NCBI GenBank assembly: GCA_965249485.1 | Contig: OZ252239.1 | Coordinates: 2,592,001 to 2,656,000 of the forward strand | DNA from: a bacterium | GTDB taxonomy: Bacteria; SM23-31 | DNA: 64,000 bases | Direction: 5' to 3' | In this document: positions 1-9,436 of the stretch, piece by piece | Numbering within the stretch: the stretch's first letter is position 1 | Layout of the letters: each line of letters starts with the position of its first letter | Notes under the pieces: model-generated | What the model was told of the DNA's origin: nothing | The model's database searches: none | What the model saw: the letters and a program-made list of their open reading frames with translations, nothing else | Made by a program: the position numbers and the translations under genes

Positions 1-44
1 CAAGTCTCCGCAGGACCGCTTTTTTGATATATTTATATAACTTA

Positions 45-992
45 TTAAATTGACTTGCCCGCGCTGATCAGAATATGTTGTGAGATTTCATCAATAATCC
101 CTTGAAGTACCTGCTCACTCCCTTCATTAACATCAATCCATTGAACATTTTCCATTTTTTTAAACCATGTAATTTGCCGTTTTGCAAAATTTCTTGTTCG
201 TCTCTGTATTGTTTCCAGTACTTCTTCTTTGGTGATTTCTCCATTTAAATAGAGGATAGCTTCATGATAACCGTATGTTTTCAAAGCGGTCAACTCAAGT
301 GAATAACCCTTGTCCAATAATTGCTTTGTTTCATTGATTAGTCCTTTATCGAGCATAGTATCTACTCTTACGTTGATGCGATTATAAAGGTGCTGACGTT
401 TCATGTGTAAACCGAAGACAAGAGCATCGAAATATTCTTGTGATTTCGAATCTTTCCAATGCTGGCTAAGCGGTTTTCCTGTTACGTTAAATACCTCAAG
501 ACCTCTTACGATTCTTTGGACGTCATTTTTTGATATTTTAGCTGAATATTCCTGATCGACACGAATTAATTCATTATATAGTTTTTCGACCCCTTCTGTT
601 TTAATACGGTTTTGAAGAATATGCTTCACTTCAAGATCCTTTTCGACCTCGTCAAAAAATCCGTAAAGAATCGATTGAATGTAGAGGCCGGAACCGCCCA
701 CTATTATAGGCAGTTTATTGCGTGAAATAATATCATCGGCTTTTTTTCGAACGTCTTTGCCGAACTGACCTGCATTGTAATACTCGTCAGGCTCGAGGAT
801 ATTAATGAAATGGTGTGGAATTTGACGAAGATATTCGGACGGAGGTTTATCGGTCCCAATGTCCATAAACCGGTACATCTGGCGTGAATCTGCTGAAATT
901 ATTTCTCCGTTGAAATGCTTGGCAATGCGAACACCAATATCAGTTTTTCCAACTCCGGTGGGACCAACGAAAAAAACAGCTTTTCTTTGCAC
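45..992 (-). CDS. miaA: tRNA dimethylallyltransferase
   Basis: GPTGVGKT P-loop, IISADSRQMY, DIGTDKP, VGGSGLY and TRNFAKRQITWF motifs. Confidence 0.97.
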   Translation of the reverse strand: MQRKAVFFVGPTGVGKTDIGVRIAKHFNGEIISADSRQMYRFMDIGTDKPPSEYLRQIPHHFINILEPDEYYNAGQFGKDVRKKADDIISRNKLPIIVGGSGLYIQSILYGFFDEVEKDLEVKHILQNRIKTEGVEKLYNELIRVDQEYSAKISKNDVQRIVRGLEVFNVTGKPLSQHWKDSKSQEYFDALVFGLHMKRQHLYNRINVRVDTMLDKGLINETKQLLDKGYSLELTALKTYGYHEAILYLNGEITKEEVLETIQRRTRNFAKRQITWFKKMENVQWIDVNEGSEQVLQGIIDEISQHILISAGKSI

Positions 993-1094
993 AGTATATG
1001 GCTAAAAAGAGAGTTCTGAATAAAATTTAATTTAATAATAATTGAGGAAAAATAATCTGTAAGTCCATACTGAAATGATAAATAATTAAAATTG

Positions 1095-1166
1095 TACGCC
1101 CGGAAGGAGTCGAACCTTCATCCCTGGAACCGGAATCCAGTACTCTATCCATTGAGCTACGGGCGC
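1095..1166 (-). tRNA. tRNA-Arg(CCG)
   Basis: Cloverleaf GCGCCCG...CGGGCGT, anticodon arm CTGGA-TTCCGGT-TCCAG, GGTTCGACTCC T-arm; CCA not encoded. Confidence 0.95.
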
Positions 1167-1171
1167 ATTAT

Positions 1172-2050
1172 TTACCGTGTAGATATCTCTGCCGAAAGAG
1201 TTGTATTATGAAGCAGCATAGTAATTGTCATTGGGCCCACACCTTTTGGGACAGGAGATATTGCTTCAACAATCGGTTCTACTTCATCAAAATCGACATC
1301 GCCGACAATTTTATATCCTTTTTCACGTGTAGAGTCTGTTACCCTGTTTACTCCGACATCGATAACAACAGCGCCTTCTTTAACCATATCACCTGTTATA
1401 AATCCGGGGACACCAATTGCCGCTATAAGGATATCTGCACTTTTAGTAATCGTGTGAAGATTGTTTGTTCGCGAATGGCATACCGTTACAGTAGCATTCG
1501 CACGTTTGTTCTTTTGCATCAAAAGAGCGGCTAACGGCTTACCAACAATTGTACTCCTGCCGACAATAACGACATGTTTACCTTCTGGACTATAACCGGA
1601 CCTGATTAACATTTCTATGACACCTAGCGGCGTACAGGGGACAAATCCTTCCTGTCCAATCAATAATTTACCTACATTAACCGGATGAAAGCCATCAACA
1701 TCTTTATGAGGAACTATTCTGCAGAAAATATATGGTTCGTCCATACCGTCTGGTAACGGATGCTGAATAAGAATCCCATGGATATTCGAGTCATTATTAT
1801 ACTCTTCAAGACATTGCAAAACTTTATCCTGAGAACTATCAGCTGAAAGTCTTTGCGATCTGGAGTATATCCCCGCTTTCTCACATGCTTTCTCTTTCAT
1901 ACCTACATATATGTGAGAAGCAGGATCATCACCAACGAGTATAACACCCAGGCCTGGCGTTATACCTTGCTGCGAAAGCTTTGCAACCCGTTGTGCAATT
2001 TCTTCGCGGATTATTATGCTTATTTCAGTACCATTCAGTATTTTAGCCAT
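1172..2050 (-). CDS. folD: Bifunctional methylenetetrahydrofolate dehydrogenase/cyclohydrolase
   Basis: KDVDGFHP, PCTP, GRSTIVGKP, VIDVGVNR and PVPKGVGPMT motifs. Confidence 0.97.
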   Translation of the reverse strand: MAKILNGTEISIIIREEIAQRVAKLSQQGITPGLGVILVGDDPASHIYVGMKEKACEKAGIYSRSQRLSADSSQDKVLQCLEEYNNDSNIHGILIQHPLPDGMDEPYIFCRIVPHKDVDGFHPVNVGKLLIGQEGFVPCTPLGVIEMLIRSGYSPEGKHVVIVGRSTIVGKPLAALLMQKNKRANATVTVCHSRTNNLHTITKSADILIAAIGVPGFITGDMVKEGAVVIDVGVNRVTDSTREKGYKIVGDVDFDEVEPIVEAISPVPKGVGPMTITMLLHNTTLSAEISTR

Positions 2051-2109
2051 ATTACAGACTACACTTTTTCATATATATATTGATCAAAAACAAGTATCTG
2101 TCAGAGGTT

Positions 2110-3672
2110 TTATTTCGCATATTCTATTGCGCGTAACTCCCGAATGACAGTTACTTTGATTTGTCCAGGATACTCCATATCACTCTGAATCTTTTCGGCA
2201 ATGTCCTGAGCTAGTTTAAATGCCTTGACATCGTCAATTCTACCCGGTTCAACCATTACTCTAATTTCCCTGCCAGCTTGAATTGCATACGAATTTTGTA
2301 CCCCGTCAAACGATGTTGCAACTTCTTCAAGCTTTACGAGTCTTTTAATGTAATTTTCAAGAGTTTCTCTGCGTGCGCCAGGTCGGGATCCCGAAATGGC
2401 ATCGGCCGCCTGCACAAGAATCGATATTGGTGTTGTATACGGCTCGTCTTCATGATGAGATGCTATAGCATTCAAAACAATTGGACCTTCATTGTATTTC
2501 CTTGCAAGCTCAACTCCTATCTGGACATGCGTACCTTCAGTATCTTTATCAACTGCTTTACCAATATCGTGAAACAAACCTGCTCTTTTCGCCACATTTG
2601 CATCTAAACCGAGTTCTGCAGCCATCAGCCCGGTTAACTGACCAACTTCAACAACATGTTTCAGCACATTTTGACCGTAACTCGTCCTGTATTTCAGTTT
2701 TCCGAGTAATTTGATTAGTTCAGGGTGAACTTTGTTAATTCCCAGTTCTTCCAACGCTTCCTTCCCTGCCTCAAGAATGATATCTTCCATTTCCTCCTGG
2801 GATTTCACAACAGATTCTTCAATTCTACCCGGATGAATACGTCCATCTGATATCAACTTTTCAAGGGTCATTTTTGCTATTTCACGCCGCATTGGATCAA
2901 AACCTGATAACACCACTGCTTCAGGCGTATCATCAATAATAACCTGGATACCGGTAGCAAGCTCAAATGCTCGAATATTACGCCCTTCACGACCGATTAT
3001 TCTACCTTTCATTTCTTCACTCGGAAGATTTACAACTGATACGGTTGTCTCGGCGGAGTGATCTGCTGCCGATCGCTGTATAGCAGATATCACGATTTTC
3101 TGAGCTTCCCGTTTTGCATCGAGCTGAGCTTCTTCTTTATGTTCTTTAATTGATTGAGCAATATCTTCTTTTGCCTTCTCCAAAAGATTATCCATGAGAA
3201 TTTTTTTTGCTTCATCTGCAGACATCCTTGCAACTTTTTCCAATTGTGCTGTCTGTTCGGCCAAAAGATTTTCTAATTTAATTCGTTCTTCATTAAGATT
3301 TCTATCCCGTTCCTGAAGATCTTTTTCGTAGGAATAAATTTCTTTCTCTTTTTTGTTAATTAATTCACCTTTGCGTTCAATACTATTTTCCTTGTGCATC
3401 AATGACTTTTCCAAGCGCTCAAGATCGATACGCTTCGTCTTGCTTTCTTGTTCAAATTGCTGCTTTAGTTTATACCATTCATCCTTAATCTCAAGCTCTT
3501 TTTCACGTTTAATGTTGCGCGCTTCTTTTTTAGCACTTTCTAATATTTCATCGGCTTGATGTTTTGCATTTGCTAATTTATTTTTACCGATTCGGGTACT
3601 AATAATCCAGCCTGCAACGAATGCCGCACTGATGGCGAGAATTACACCAAATAGCGTTACCGTATTTATCAT
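2110..3672 (-). CDS. rny: Ribonuclease Y
   Basis: N-terminal TM anchor, coiled coil, KH domain (KGRIIGREGRNIR), HD domain (HDIGK). Confidence 0.97.
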   Translation of the reverse strand: MINTVTLFGVILAISAAFVAGWIISTRIGKNKLANAKHQADEILESAKKEARNIKREKELEIKDEWYKLKQQFEQESKTKRIDLERLEKSLMHKENSIERKGELINKKEKEIYSYEKDLQERDRNLNEERIKLENLLAEQTAQLEKVARMSADEAKKILMDNLLEKAKEDIAQSIKEHKEEAQLDAKREAQKIVISAIQRSAADHSAETTVSVVNLPSEEMKGRIIGREGRNIRAFELATGIQVIIDDTPEAVVLSGFDPMRREIAKMTLEKLISDGRIHPGRIEESVVKSQEEMEDIILEAGKEALEELGINKVHPELIKLLGKLKYRTSYGQNVLKHVVEVGQLTGLMAAELGLDANVAKRAGLFHDIGKAVDKDTEGTHVQIGVELARKYNEGPIVLNAIASHHEDEPYTTPISILVQAADAISGSRPGARRETLENYIKRLVKLEEVATSFDGVQNSYAIQAGREIRVMVEPGRIDDVKAFKLAQDIAEKIQSDMEYPGQIKVTVIRELRAIEYAK

Positions 3673-3718
3673 TATACCTCCATTATGTAACTCAGAAAGG
3701 CATTTTCAGGCATAAAAA

Positions 3719-3897
3719 AATCCCTGTTATATTAGTGCCAATTTAAAAGAACCTGTGTTTGACACAGCGGGTGCCAGCCTAAACGCATTTTACGTCCACG
3801 TCGAACAAGAGAGGCATGTAATTAACGCCCAGAGAATGACTCCCTATTGATATAGTGTTGGTTCTTAAAAAGTGAAACACCAAATAAAACAGGGATT
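3719..3897 (-). ncRNA. ssrS: 6S RNA
   Basis: About 180 nt closed by AATCCCTGTT/AACAGGGATT with inner AAGAACC/GGTTCTT pairing; canonical position between zapA and rny; T-run follows on the minus strand. Confidence 0.8.
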
Positions 3898-3956
3898 ACA
3901 ATTGATACTACCAGAATTTCCCTATTTATACTACAATTAAGAATGTGCTCCTTATT

Positions 3957-4253
3957 TTATTCTTCTAAATCCAAGATTATACGGCTTACTTTTTCATTTA
4001 AACCTTGCGATTTTTCATCCAATGTACTGAGAATATTGGATTTTTCCTCTCGCTCTTTGTAGAGCTCATCTGCAATATTAAGTGCAGCCAAAATTGCTAC
4101 TTTTAAATTTGATTTTACCGTAAGGCTTTTTTCAATTTCTATCATTTTGTTGTTGACATAATTTGCCACATCTTGGATATAGGTTACATCTGTATCCCCT
4201 TTTATAGGATATTCAGAACCGAAAATATTTACTTTTACAACGTTTCTTTGCAT
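3957..4253 (-). CDS. zapA: Cell division protein ZapA
   Basis: VKVNIFGSEY...VAILAALNIADEL signature; synteny. Confidence 0.93.
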   Translation of the reverse strand: MQRNVVKVNIFGSEYPIKGDTDVTYIQDVANYVNNKMIEIEKSLTVKSNLKVAILAALNIADELYKEREEKSNILSTLDEKSQGLNEKVSRIILDLEE

Positions 4254-4357
4254 AAATATAAGAAAAATAAAATAGTGAGCTTAACCTGTATTAAATTCTG
4301 ATTTAATTCGACATTTGAACGTTTTATGAATTGTTTAGGTGATGCCTGTTAATATGT

Positions 4358-4651
4358 TTAAGATGCCTCCGTTACTGCTTGTCTTAAGTGGTTCAATTTT
4401 ACGAGTGCATTATTAATACTATTGCGTAAAAATTCGTATTGTGTTAAAGTTAATTCTTTTTTTTGAATATTATCCTGAACCTCCGCAATTGCCTCGGTCT
4501 GGTTGGTATTGTTTACTGATTGAATTTGAATAGTTAGTTGTTCGTTATGTTCCTCTAACCTTCTGTTTTCCTCCTTTAATTGGCTAACCAGATCAGAGAT
4601 TTTATCGATCTGGATTTCCAAGCTGTTGTAAAACTCAACTTCTTTTTCCAT
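4358..4651 (-). CDS. ZapB-like coiled-coil protein
   Basis: Coiled coil (LKEENRRLEEHNEQL) between pheT and zapA; ATG at 4651 preferred because it avoids overlap with pheT. Confidence 0.6.
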   Translation of the reverse strand: MEKEVEFYNSLEIQIDKISDLVSQLKEENRRLEEHNEQLTIQIQSVNNTNQTEAIAEVQDNIQKKELTLTQYEFLRNSINNALVKLNHLRQAVTEAS

Positions 4652-4655
4652 AGAG

Positions 4656-7058
4656 TTATCGCCGAATATCAATAGAATGTTTAGACTTTACAACATTTAT
4701 GATGGTGTCGATTACACTTTCCACATCTTCGTCAACTAAACTTCTGTCATTAGCAAAAAATTTTAATGACAATCGAACACTTCTGTAACGTTCTGGAATG
4801 GGATCGCCCTGAAAAACATCTTCAACCGATACTGATTTAAGTAAATCGTTGTTTATTTCACTTATCGTATTGATTAATCCCTGAACCGGTGTGGTATCCG
4901 GTATGACAAATGCCAGCTCTCTTTTTGCTGGTGGATATTTTGAAAATGGATTAAAATGATTCTCTTCAAACAAATACTTTAAAAGCAATTCTGCATGCAA
5001 TTCGAAAATAAATACGGGCTCGTTGATAGAAACAGCCAAGCTGTTGTTTCTGTATTGTCCGAATAAACCGAGTGTTTTGTCGCCCGATTTTATTACGCTG
5101 GCACTCTGTAAGTATAAATTATCATAAGAAATATATTCAATTATGTCAAGTGAAATCTTCCTGAGAAAGCCGTTCAAAATCCCCTTAATTGTAAATAAAT
5201 CGACAGGTACCTCAGTCCGGTTGTCCCATGATGGTAATGATTGCTGGCCATAGATCACCCCTGCCAGAGAGTGAGTTTCACCATGTATTTTTTTATCAAA
5301 CAATGTACTGCCGTATATTTTACCAAGCTCGAATATTCGAAGGTTATCTACATCTCTGTTCCGATTGAATAATGCCGTTTGCAGTAAACCGGGAATCAGA
5401 CTCGGACGCATGAGACTATATTCGGGAGAAATTGGATTCTTTAAAATTACAGGTCTTCCCCGATCAAGAAAATGTTCATGTAATTGTTCATCAATCATAG
5501 AGTAATTATAAACCTCTAGGAAACCAAATTCTGTCATATGTGATTTTAAACGAGATAATGCATGTGCTTGGGGATTTTTAACATTTCGTAGCTGAACAAC
5601 AGCTTTTTGAAGAGGCTCAATTTTATCTAACCCTCTTATTCGAGAAACCTCTTCAATGAGATCTATTTCTCTGGTAAGATCATGCCGGAATGTTGGTATG
5701 GTACATTGAATCTTTTCTTTCCCAATGAGTCTCGTATCAAGTTCAAGACTTTTCAATGATTTCTCAATATGATTATTCGAAAAATTAGTACCAAGAACTG
5801 AGTTGAGTCGCTTTGTTCTCATCAGCACTTTGTGTGTACCGGATTTTTTGGAATAAGTGTTATAGAAAGGTTTGTGTATCTGTCCTGGTGAAACAGATAA
5901 AATTAAAGAACAGATTTTTTCCAACGCTGTCATAGTGAAGTTAGGATCCATTCCCCGTTCAAATCGTCGCGATGCTTCGGTATAAAGACCTAAGTGCTTC
6001 GCGCTGTTCCGAATATTGATTGGATCAAAATATGCACTTTCAAGCAGTATATCTTGAGTGCTATCACTGATTTCCGAATTTAAACCACCCATTATTCCAC
6101 CAATCGCAACCGGTTTTTTTGCATCGCAAATCATTACAACATCTTCATTGAGCGTCCTTTTAACATTATCCAGAGTGATGAATTGCTGCTTTTTTTTCGC
6201 AGTTTTAACAATGATTTTATTTCCATCTAAATGATTTAGATCAAATGCATGGAGCGGTTGTCCCAGCTCAATAAGACAATAATTGGTAGCATCAACAATG
6301 TTATTTATTGGCCGAATTCCTGCAGCAAATAAACGCTGTTGCATAATAAACGGCGATGGTTTTGTCTTGATTCCGGTAATAATTGCGCCACAGTAACGCG
6401 GACACTTTTCAGGATCAATAATTTCTATGGAAAAGTCAAAATCTTCCATCTTTTTTCCAGGAGGGAGTTTTATATCGAAAGTTTTTAGCTTTTTCCCGCT
6501 GAGAGCAGCAATTTCACGAGCAAGCCCTCTGACACTCATACAATCTGGTCTGTTGGGATTAATGAAAATGTCGAAAACAGTATCACCCTGAAACTCAAGC
6601 GGTATGAAGGTGCTCCCAGGTTTGAATTGTTTAGACAATTCCATAATTGTATCAGCTTTTTGCGATAAACCAAGCTCAATCTCGGAACATATCATACCAC
6701 CTGAATCAACTCCCCGGATTTTAGCTCTTTTAATTTCTAATCCTGAAGGTAACTGTGAACCAGATAAAACTACAGGCACTCTAAGGCCTTTTTTTACATT
6801 CGGCGCACCGCAGACGATCTGCTCAGTCCTGTCACCAAGGTTCACCTGACATATTGAAAGATGTGTAGAACTGGGGTGGGATTTGATTTGGTCAATGATA
6901 CCAATCACTACGTTTCCAAAAAGCGGAGGTATTGGACCTATTGATTCTACTTCCGACCCAGAGAGGGTCAGTTTCTCAGCAAGTTCATCCGGCGACCAGG
7001 GTATATCGACATATTCCTGAAGCCATTTGTAGGTTACTTTCAATTCTATCCTCTTCAA
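4656..7058 (-). CDS. pheT: Phenylalanine--tRNA ligase beta subunit
   Basis: IVCGAPNV, NPNRPDC, EASRRFERG, DLIEEV and SKYP motifs; true start may be the TTG at about 7043. Confidence 0.97.
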   Translation of the reverse strand: MKRIELKVTYKWLQEYVDIPWSPDELAEKLTLSGSEVESIGPIPPLFGNVVIGIIDQIKSHPSSTHLSICQVNLGDRTEQIVCGAPNVKKGLRVPVVLSGSQLPSGLEIKRAKIRGVDSGGMICSEIELGLSQKADTIMELSKQFKPGSTFIPLEFQGDTVFDIFINPNRPDCMSVRGLAREIAALSGKKLKTFDIKLPPGKKMEDFDFSIEIIDPEKCPRYCGAIITGIKTKPSPFIMQQRLFAAGIRPINNIVDATNYCLIELGQPLHAFDLNHLDGNKIIVKTAKKKQQFITLDNVKRTLNEDVVMICDAKKPVAIGGIMGGLNSEISDSTQDILLESAYFDPINIRNSAKHLGLYTEASRRFERGMDPNFTMTALEKICSLILSVSPGQIHKPFYNTYSKKSGTHKVLMRTKRLNSVLGTNFSNNHIEKSLKSLELDTRLIGKEKIQCTIPTFRHDLTREIDLIEEVSRIRGLDKIEPLQKAVVQLRNVKNPQAHALSRLKSHMTEFGFLEVYNYSMIDEQLHEHFLDRGRPVILKNPISPEYSLMRPSLIPGLLQTALFNRNRDVDNLRIFELGKIYGSTLFDKKIHGETHSLAGVIYGQQSLPSWDNRTEVPVDLFTIKGILNGFLRKISLDIIEYISYDNLYLQSASVIKSGDKTLGLFGQYRNNSLAVSINEPVFIFELHAELLLKYLFEENHFNPFSKYPPAKRELAFVIPDTTPVQGLINTISEINNDLLKSVSVEDVFQGDPIPERYRSVRLSLKFFANDRSLVDEDVESVIDTIINVVKSKHSIDIRR

Positions 7059-8078
7059 TCACGAGAATTGTTCTAAAAACCGGATATCATTATCATAAAA
7101 AAGCCGGATATCATCTATCTTGTATTTCAACATAGCTATACGCTCAATACCAATACCCCATGCATACCCTGTGTATTTTTCCGGATCATATCCTACTGCT
7201 TCAAACACATCAGGATCAACCATGCCAGCGCCGGATATCTCAATCCATCCGGTGCCTTTACAGACAGAACATCCTTTACCACCACACATTATGCAAGTAA
7301 AATCATATTCGACACTCGGCTCAGTGAACGGGAAAAATCCAGAACGAAACCGGATATCGATTTTAGGCCCGAATAGAGCGTGGGCGAATGTCAGCAAAGC
7401 CCCTTTAAGTTCTGCAAGAGTAACTCCCTCATCAACGTAAAGCCCCTCAACCTGATAAAATACCGGTGAATGTGTCGCATCAGGAGTATCTTTCCGGAAT
7501 ACCCTTCCTGGGGCAATAATGCGGATTGGAGGTTCCTGATTTTCCATGACCCTTATCTGGACAGGAGATGTATGTGTCCGCAGCAATTTGCCATTATTAA
7601 GATAAAAAGTATCCTGCAAATCCCGTGCTGGGTGGTTTTGTGGGATGTTTAGTGCTTCAAAATTGTAATAATCTGTCTCTATATCCGGTCCCATACCAAT
7701 TTCAAATCCCATGCCTTCGAAAATCCCGATTATTTCCTGTTGAATAAGCGTTAGAGGATGCAGTCTCCCTATAAATACATCCCTTCCGGGTAGTGTCATA
7801 TCGACGGTATCATCCTTCGCGATTTTTTTTTCGACCTCGACACGCTTTTTGTCTATAAGCTCCGTGATATTGCTCTTTAAATCGTTGATCTGTTGACCAA
7901 ACTGTGGCTTATCCTGTGGTGATACTCCTGATAATTCTTTAAACAGAAATGTGATGATACCTGCTTTTCTTCCGAGATACTTTATGTGTACGTTACTGAT
8001 CGTATCAAGATCACTGCATGTATCAAGGTCTATCTGAAAATCGCGATAGGTTTTGCTTATTTTATCAGAAAAAGTCAT
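7059..8078 (-). CDS. pheS: Phenylalanine--tRNA ligase alpha subunit
   Basis: HPARDLQDTF, LRTHTSPVQIR, FPFTEPS and GIGIERIAM motifs. Confidence 0.98.
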   Translation of the reverse strand: MTFSDKISKTYRDFQIDLDTCSDLDTISNVHIKYLGRKAGIITFLFKELSGVSPQDKPQFGQQINDLKSNITELIDKKRVEVEKKIAKDDTVDMTLPGRDVFIGRLHPLTLIQQEIIGIFEGMGFEIGMGPDIETDYYNFEALNIPQNHPARDLQDTFYLNNGKLLRTHTSPVQIRVMENQEPPIRIIAPGRVFRKDTPDATHSPVFYQVEGLYVDEGVTLAELKGALLTFAHALFGPKIDIRFRSGFFPFTEPSVEYDFTCIMCGGKGCSVCKGTGWIEISGAGMVDPDVFEAVGYDPEKYTGYAWGIGIERIAMLKYKIDDIRLFYDNDIRFLEQFS

Positions 8079-8135
8079 ATTTTAAGATTAGATCAAAGGT
8101 TCGACGAGATAGTGTTTCCACTCACGACTTTCTTC

Positions 8136-8179
8136 AAAAAGAAAAAGCCCTGATTTCACTATTTCAAACAAGGCTTTTT
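8136..8179 (-). terminator. Intrinsic terminator after rplT
   Basis: AAAAAGCCTTG...CAGGGCTTTTT stem followed by a T-tract on the minus strand. Confidence 0.6.
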
Positions 8180-8243
8180 ACATAATGTGATCTACGTAGC
8201 GCCACGTTGTGCGCATCATGCCACAATATTAGGAAAAAATATA

Positions 8244-8597
8244 TTAAGCGGCAGATTTAGCCTGCTCTACAAGCGACTTAAAAACACCCGGCTCACGCAC
8301 TGCAAGATCAGCTAGTATCTTTCGAGATATAATAATATCAGATTTTTTCAAAGCATTTATAAATTCCGAATAACACAATCCGTGTTCTCTGGCTGCAGCA
8401 TTGATACGGACTATCCAGAGTTTTCTGAATACCCGTTTCCGCTGTCTCCGATCACGATATGAATATAACAACGCCTTCGATACAGAATCTTTGGCACGTT
8501 TTAGCAGTTTGCTACGCGCTCCCCGATATCCTTTTGCTGCCTTGAGTATTTTTTTTCGCCGCTGTCTGGACGCTACTGCATTTGTCGCTCTCGGCAT
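8244..8597 (-). CDS. rplT: 50S ribosomal protein L20
   Basis: [22 protein letters not shown] and RKILADLA motifs. Confidence 0.98.
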   Translation of the reverse strand: MPRATNAVASRQRRKKILKAAKGYRGARSKLLKRAKDSVSKALLYSYRDRRQRKRVFRKLWIVRINAAAREHGLCYSEFINALKKSDIIISRKILADLAVREPGVFKSLVEQAKSAA

Positions 8598-8687
8598 CTG
8601 TTTCTCCTTTTGCAGATTTTAGTACTTATAAAAACATTTATACTATCACGTAATGTTTGAATTGCAATTATTATGGAAGTGGAATAC

Positions 8688-8882
8688 TTATTTTACTAAC
8701 ATTCTGTTAATTCTACCAATGTCTGCTTTTGTGACCAAGGTAGCCTGTCTCAGGTTCCGTTTCCGCTTTGGTGATTTTTTTGTAAATATGTGATTCGCGT
8801 TTGCTTTTTCGCGTTTTACTTTTCCGCTCGAAGTAACTTTAAACCGTTTTGCGGCGGCTCTGCGTGTTCTTATTTTTGGCAT
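8688..8882 (-). CDS. rpmI: 50S ribosomal protein L35
   Basis: [17 protein letters not shown]; synteny with infC and rplT. Confidence 0.97.
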   Translation of the reverse strand: MPKIRTRRAAAKRFKVTSSGKVKREKANANHIFTKKSPKRKRNLRQATLVTKADIGRINRMLVK

Positions 8883-8896
8883 AATATAATCCTATA

Positions 8897-9436
8897 TTAA
8901 GATATTTTACTCAATACTGTCACTAATGTGTTACCTTCTCTCGAAAGAGGAACATCGATTTTCGCAACATCTTCAAGGGAATTTTGAAAATCCTGCATCA
9001 CACCTCTTCCAATTTCCATATGCATCATTTCACGCCCTCGAAATACCATTGAAACTTTTACACGATCTCCCTGCTCAATAAACTTCCTGGCATGCCTGGC
9101 TTTTGTATTCATATCGTGTTTGTCAATTTTGGGACGCATTCTGATTTCTTTTACAACAATAGTGTGTTGTTTTTTACGGCCTTCTTTTTCTTTTTTCGAG
9201 ATTTCATATTTGTATTTGCCATAATCCAAAATTTTACATACCGGCGGAGATACATTCGGAGCAATTTCAATAAGTTCCAGACCGGCGTCTGTTGCTTTTT
9301 CAAGGGCTTCTGCAATTTCAACTACACCAACTTGATTACCATTTTCATCAATAAGTCTCACCTGCGGTGCGCGAATATCACGATTTACTCTTGTTCGTCG
9401 CGATTTTGTCTGGCCACGGTATCGATCGTGTCTTAT
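8897..9436 (-). CDS. infC: Translation initiation factor IF-3, extended to a non-canonical ATA start
   Basis: The frame stays open upstream of the ORF-track start through RVNRDIRAPQVRLID to an ATA at 9436, 5 nt after AAGGAGG and overlapping the thrS stop. Confidence 0.93.
   Translation of the reverse strand: MRHDRYRGQTKSRRTRVNRDIRAPQVRLIDENGNQVGVVEIAEALEKATDAGLELIEIAPNVSPPVCKILDYGKYKYEISKKEKEGRKKQHTIVVKEIRMRPKIDKHDMNTKARHARKFIEQGDRVKVSMVFRGREMMHMEIGRGVMQDFQNSLEDVAKIDVPLSREGNTLVTVLSKIS

Noticed and set aside
8079..8243. Possible pheM-type leader peptide or T-box before pheS
   Set aside because: The only short ORF (MMRTTWRYVDHIM) has no Phe codons and there is no T-box consensus; only a terminator is supported
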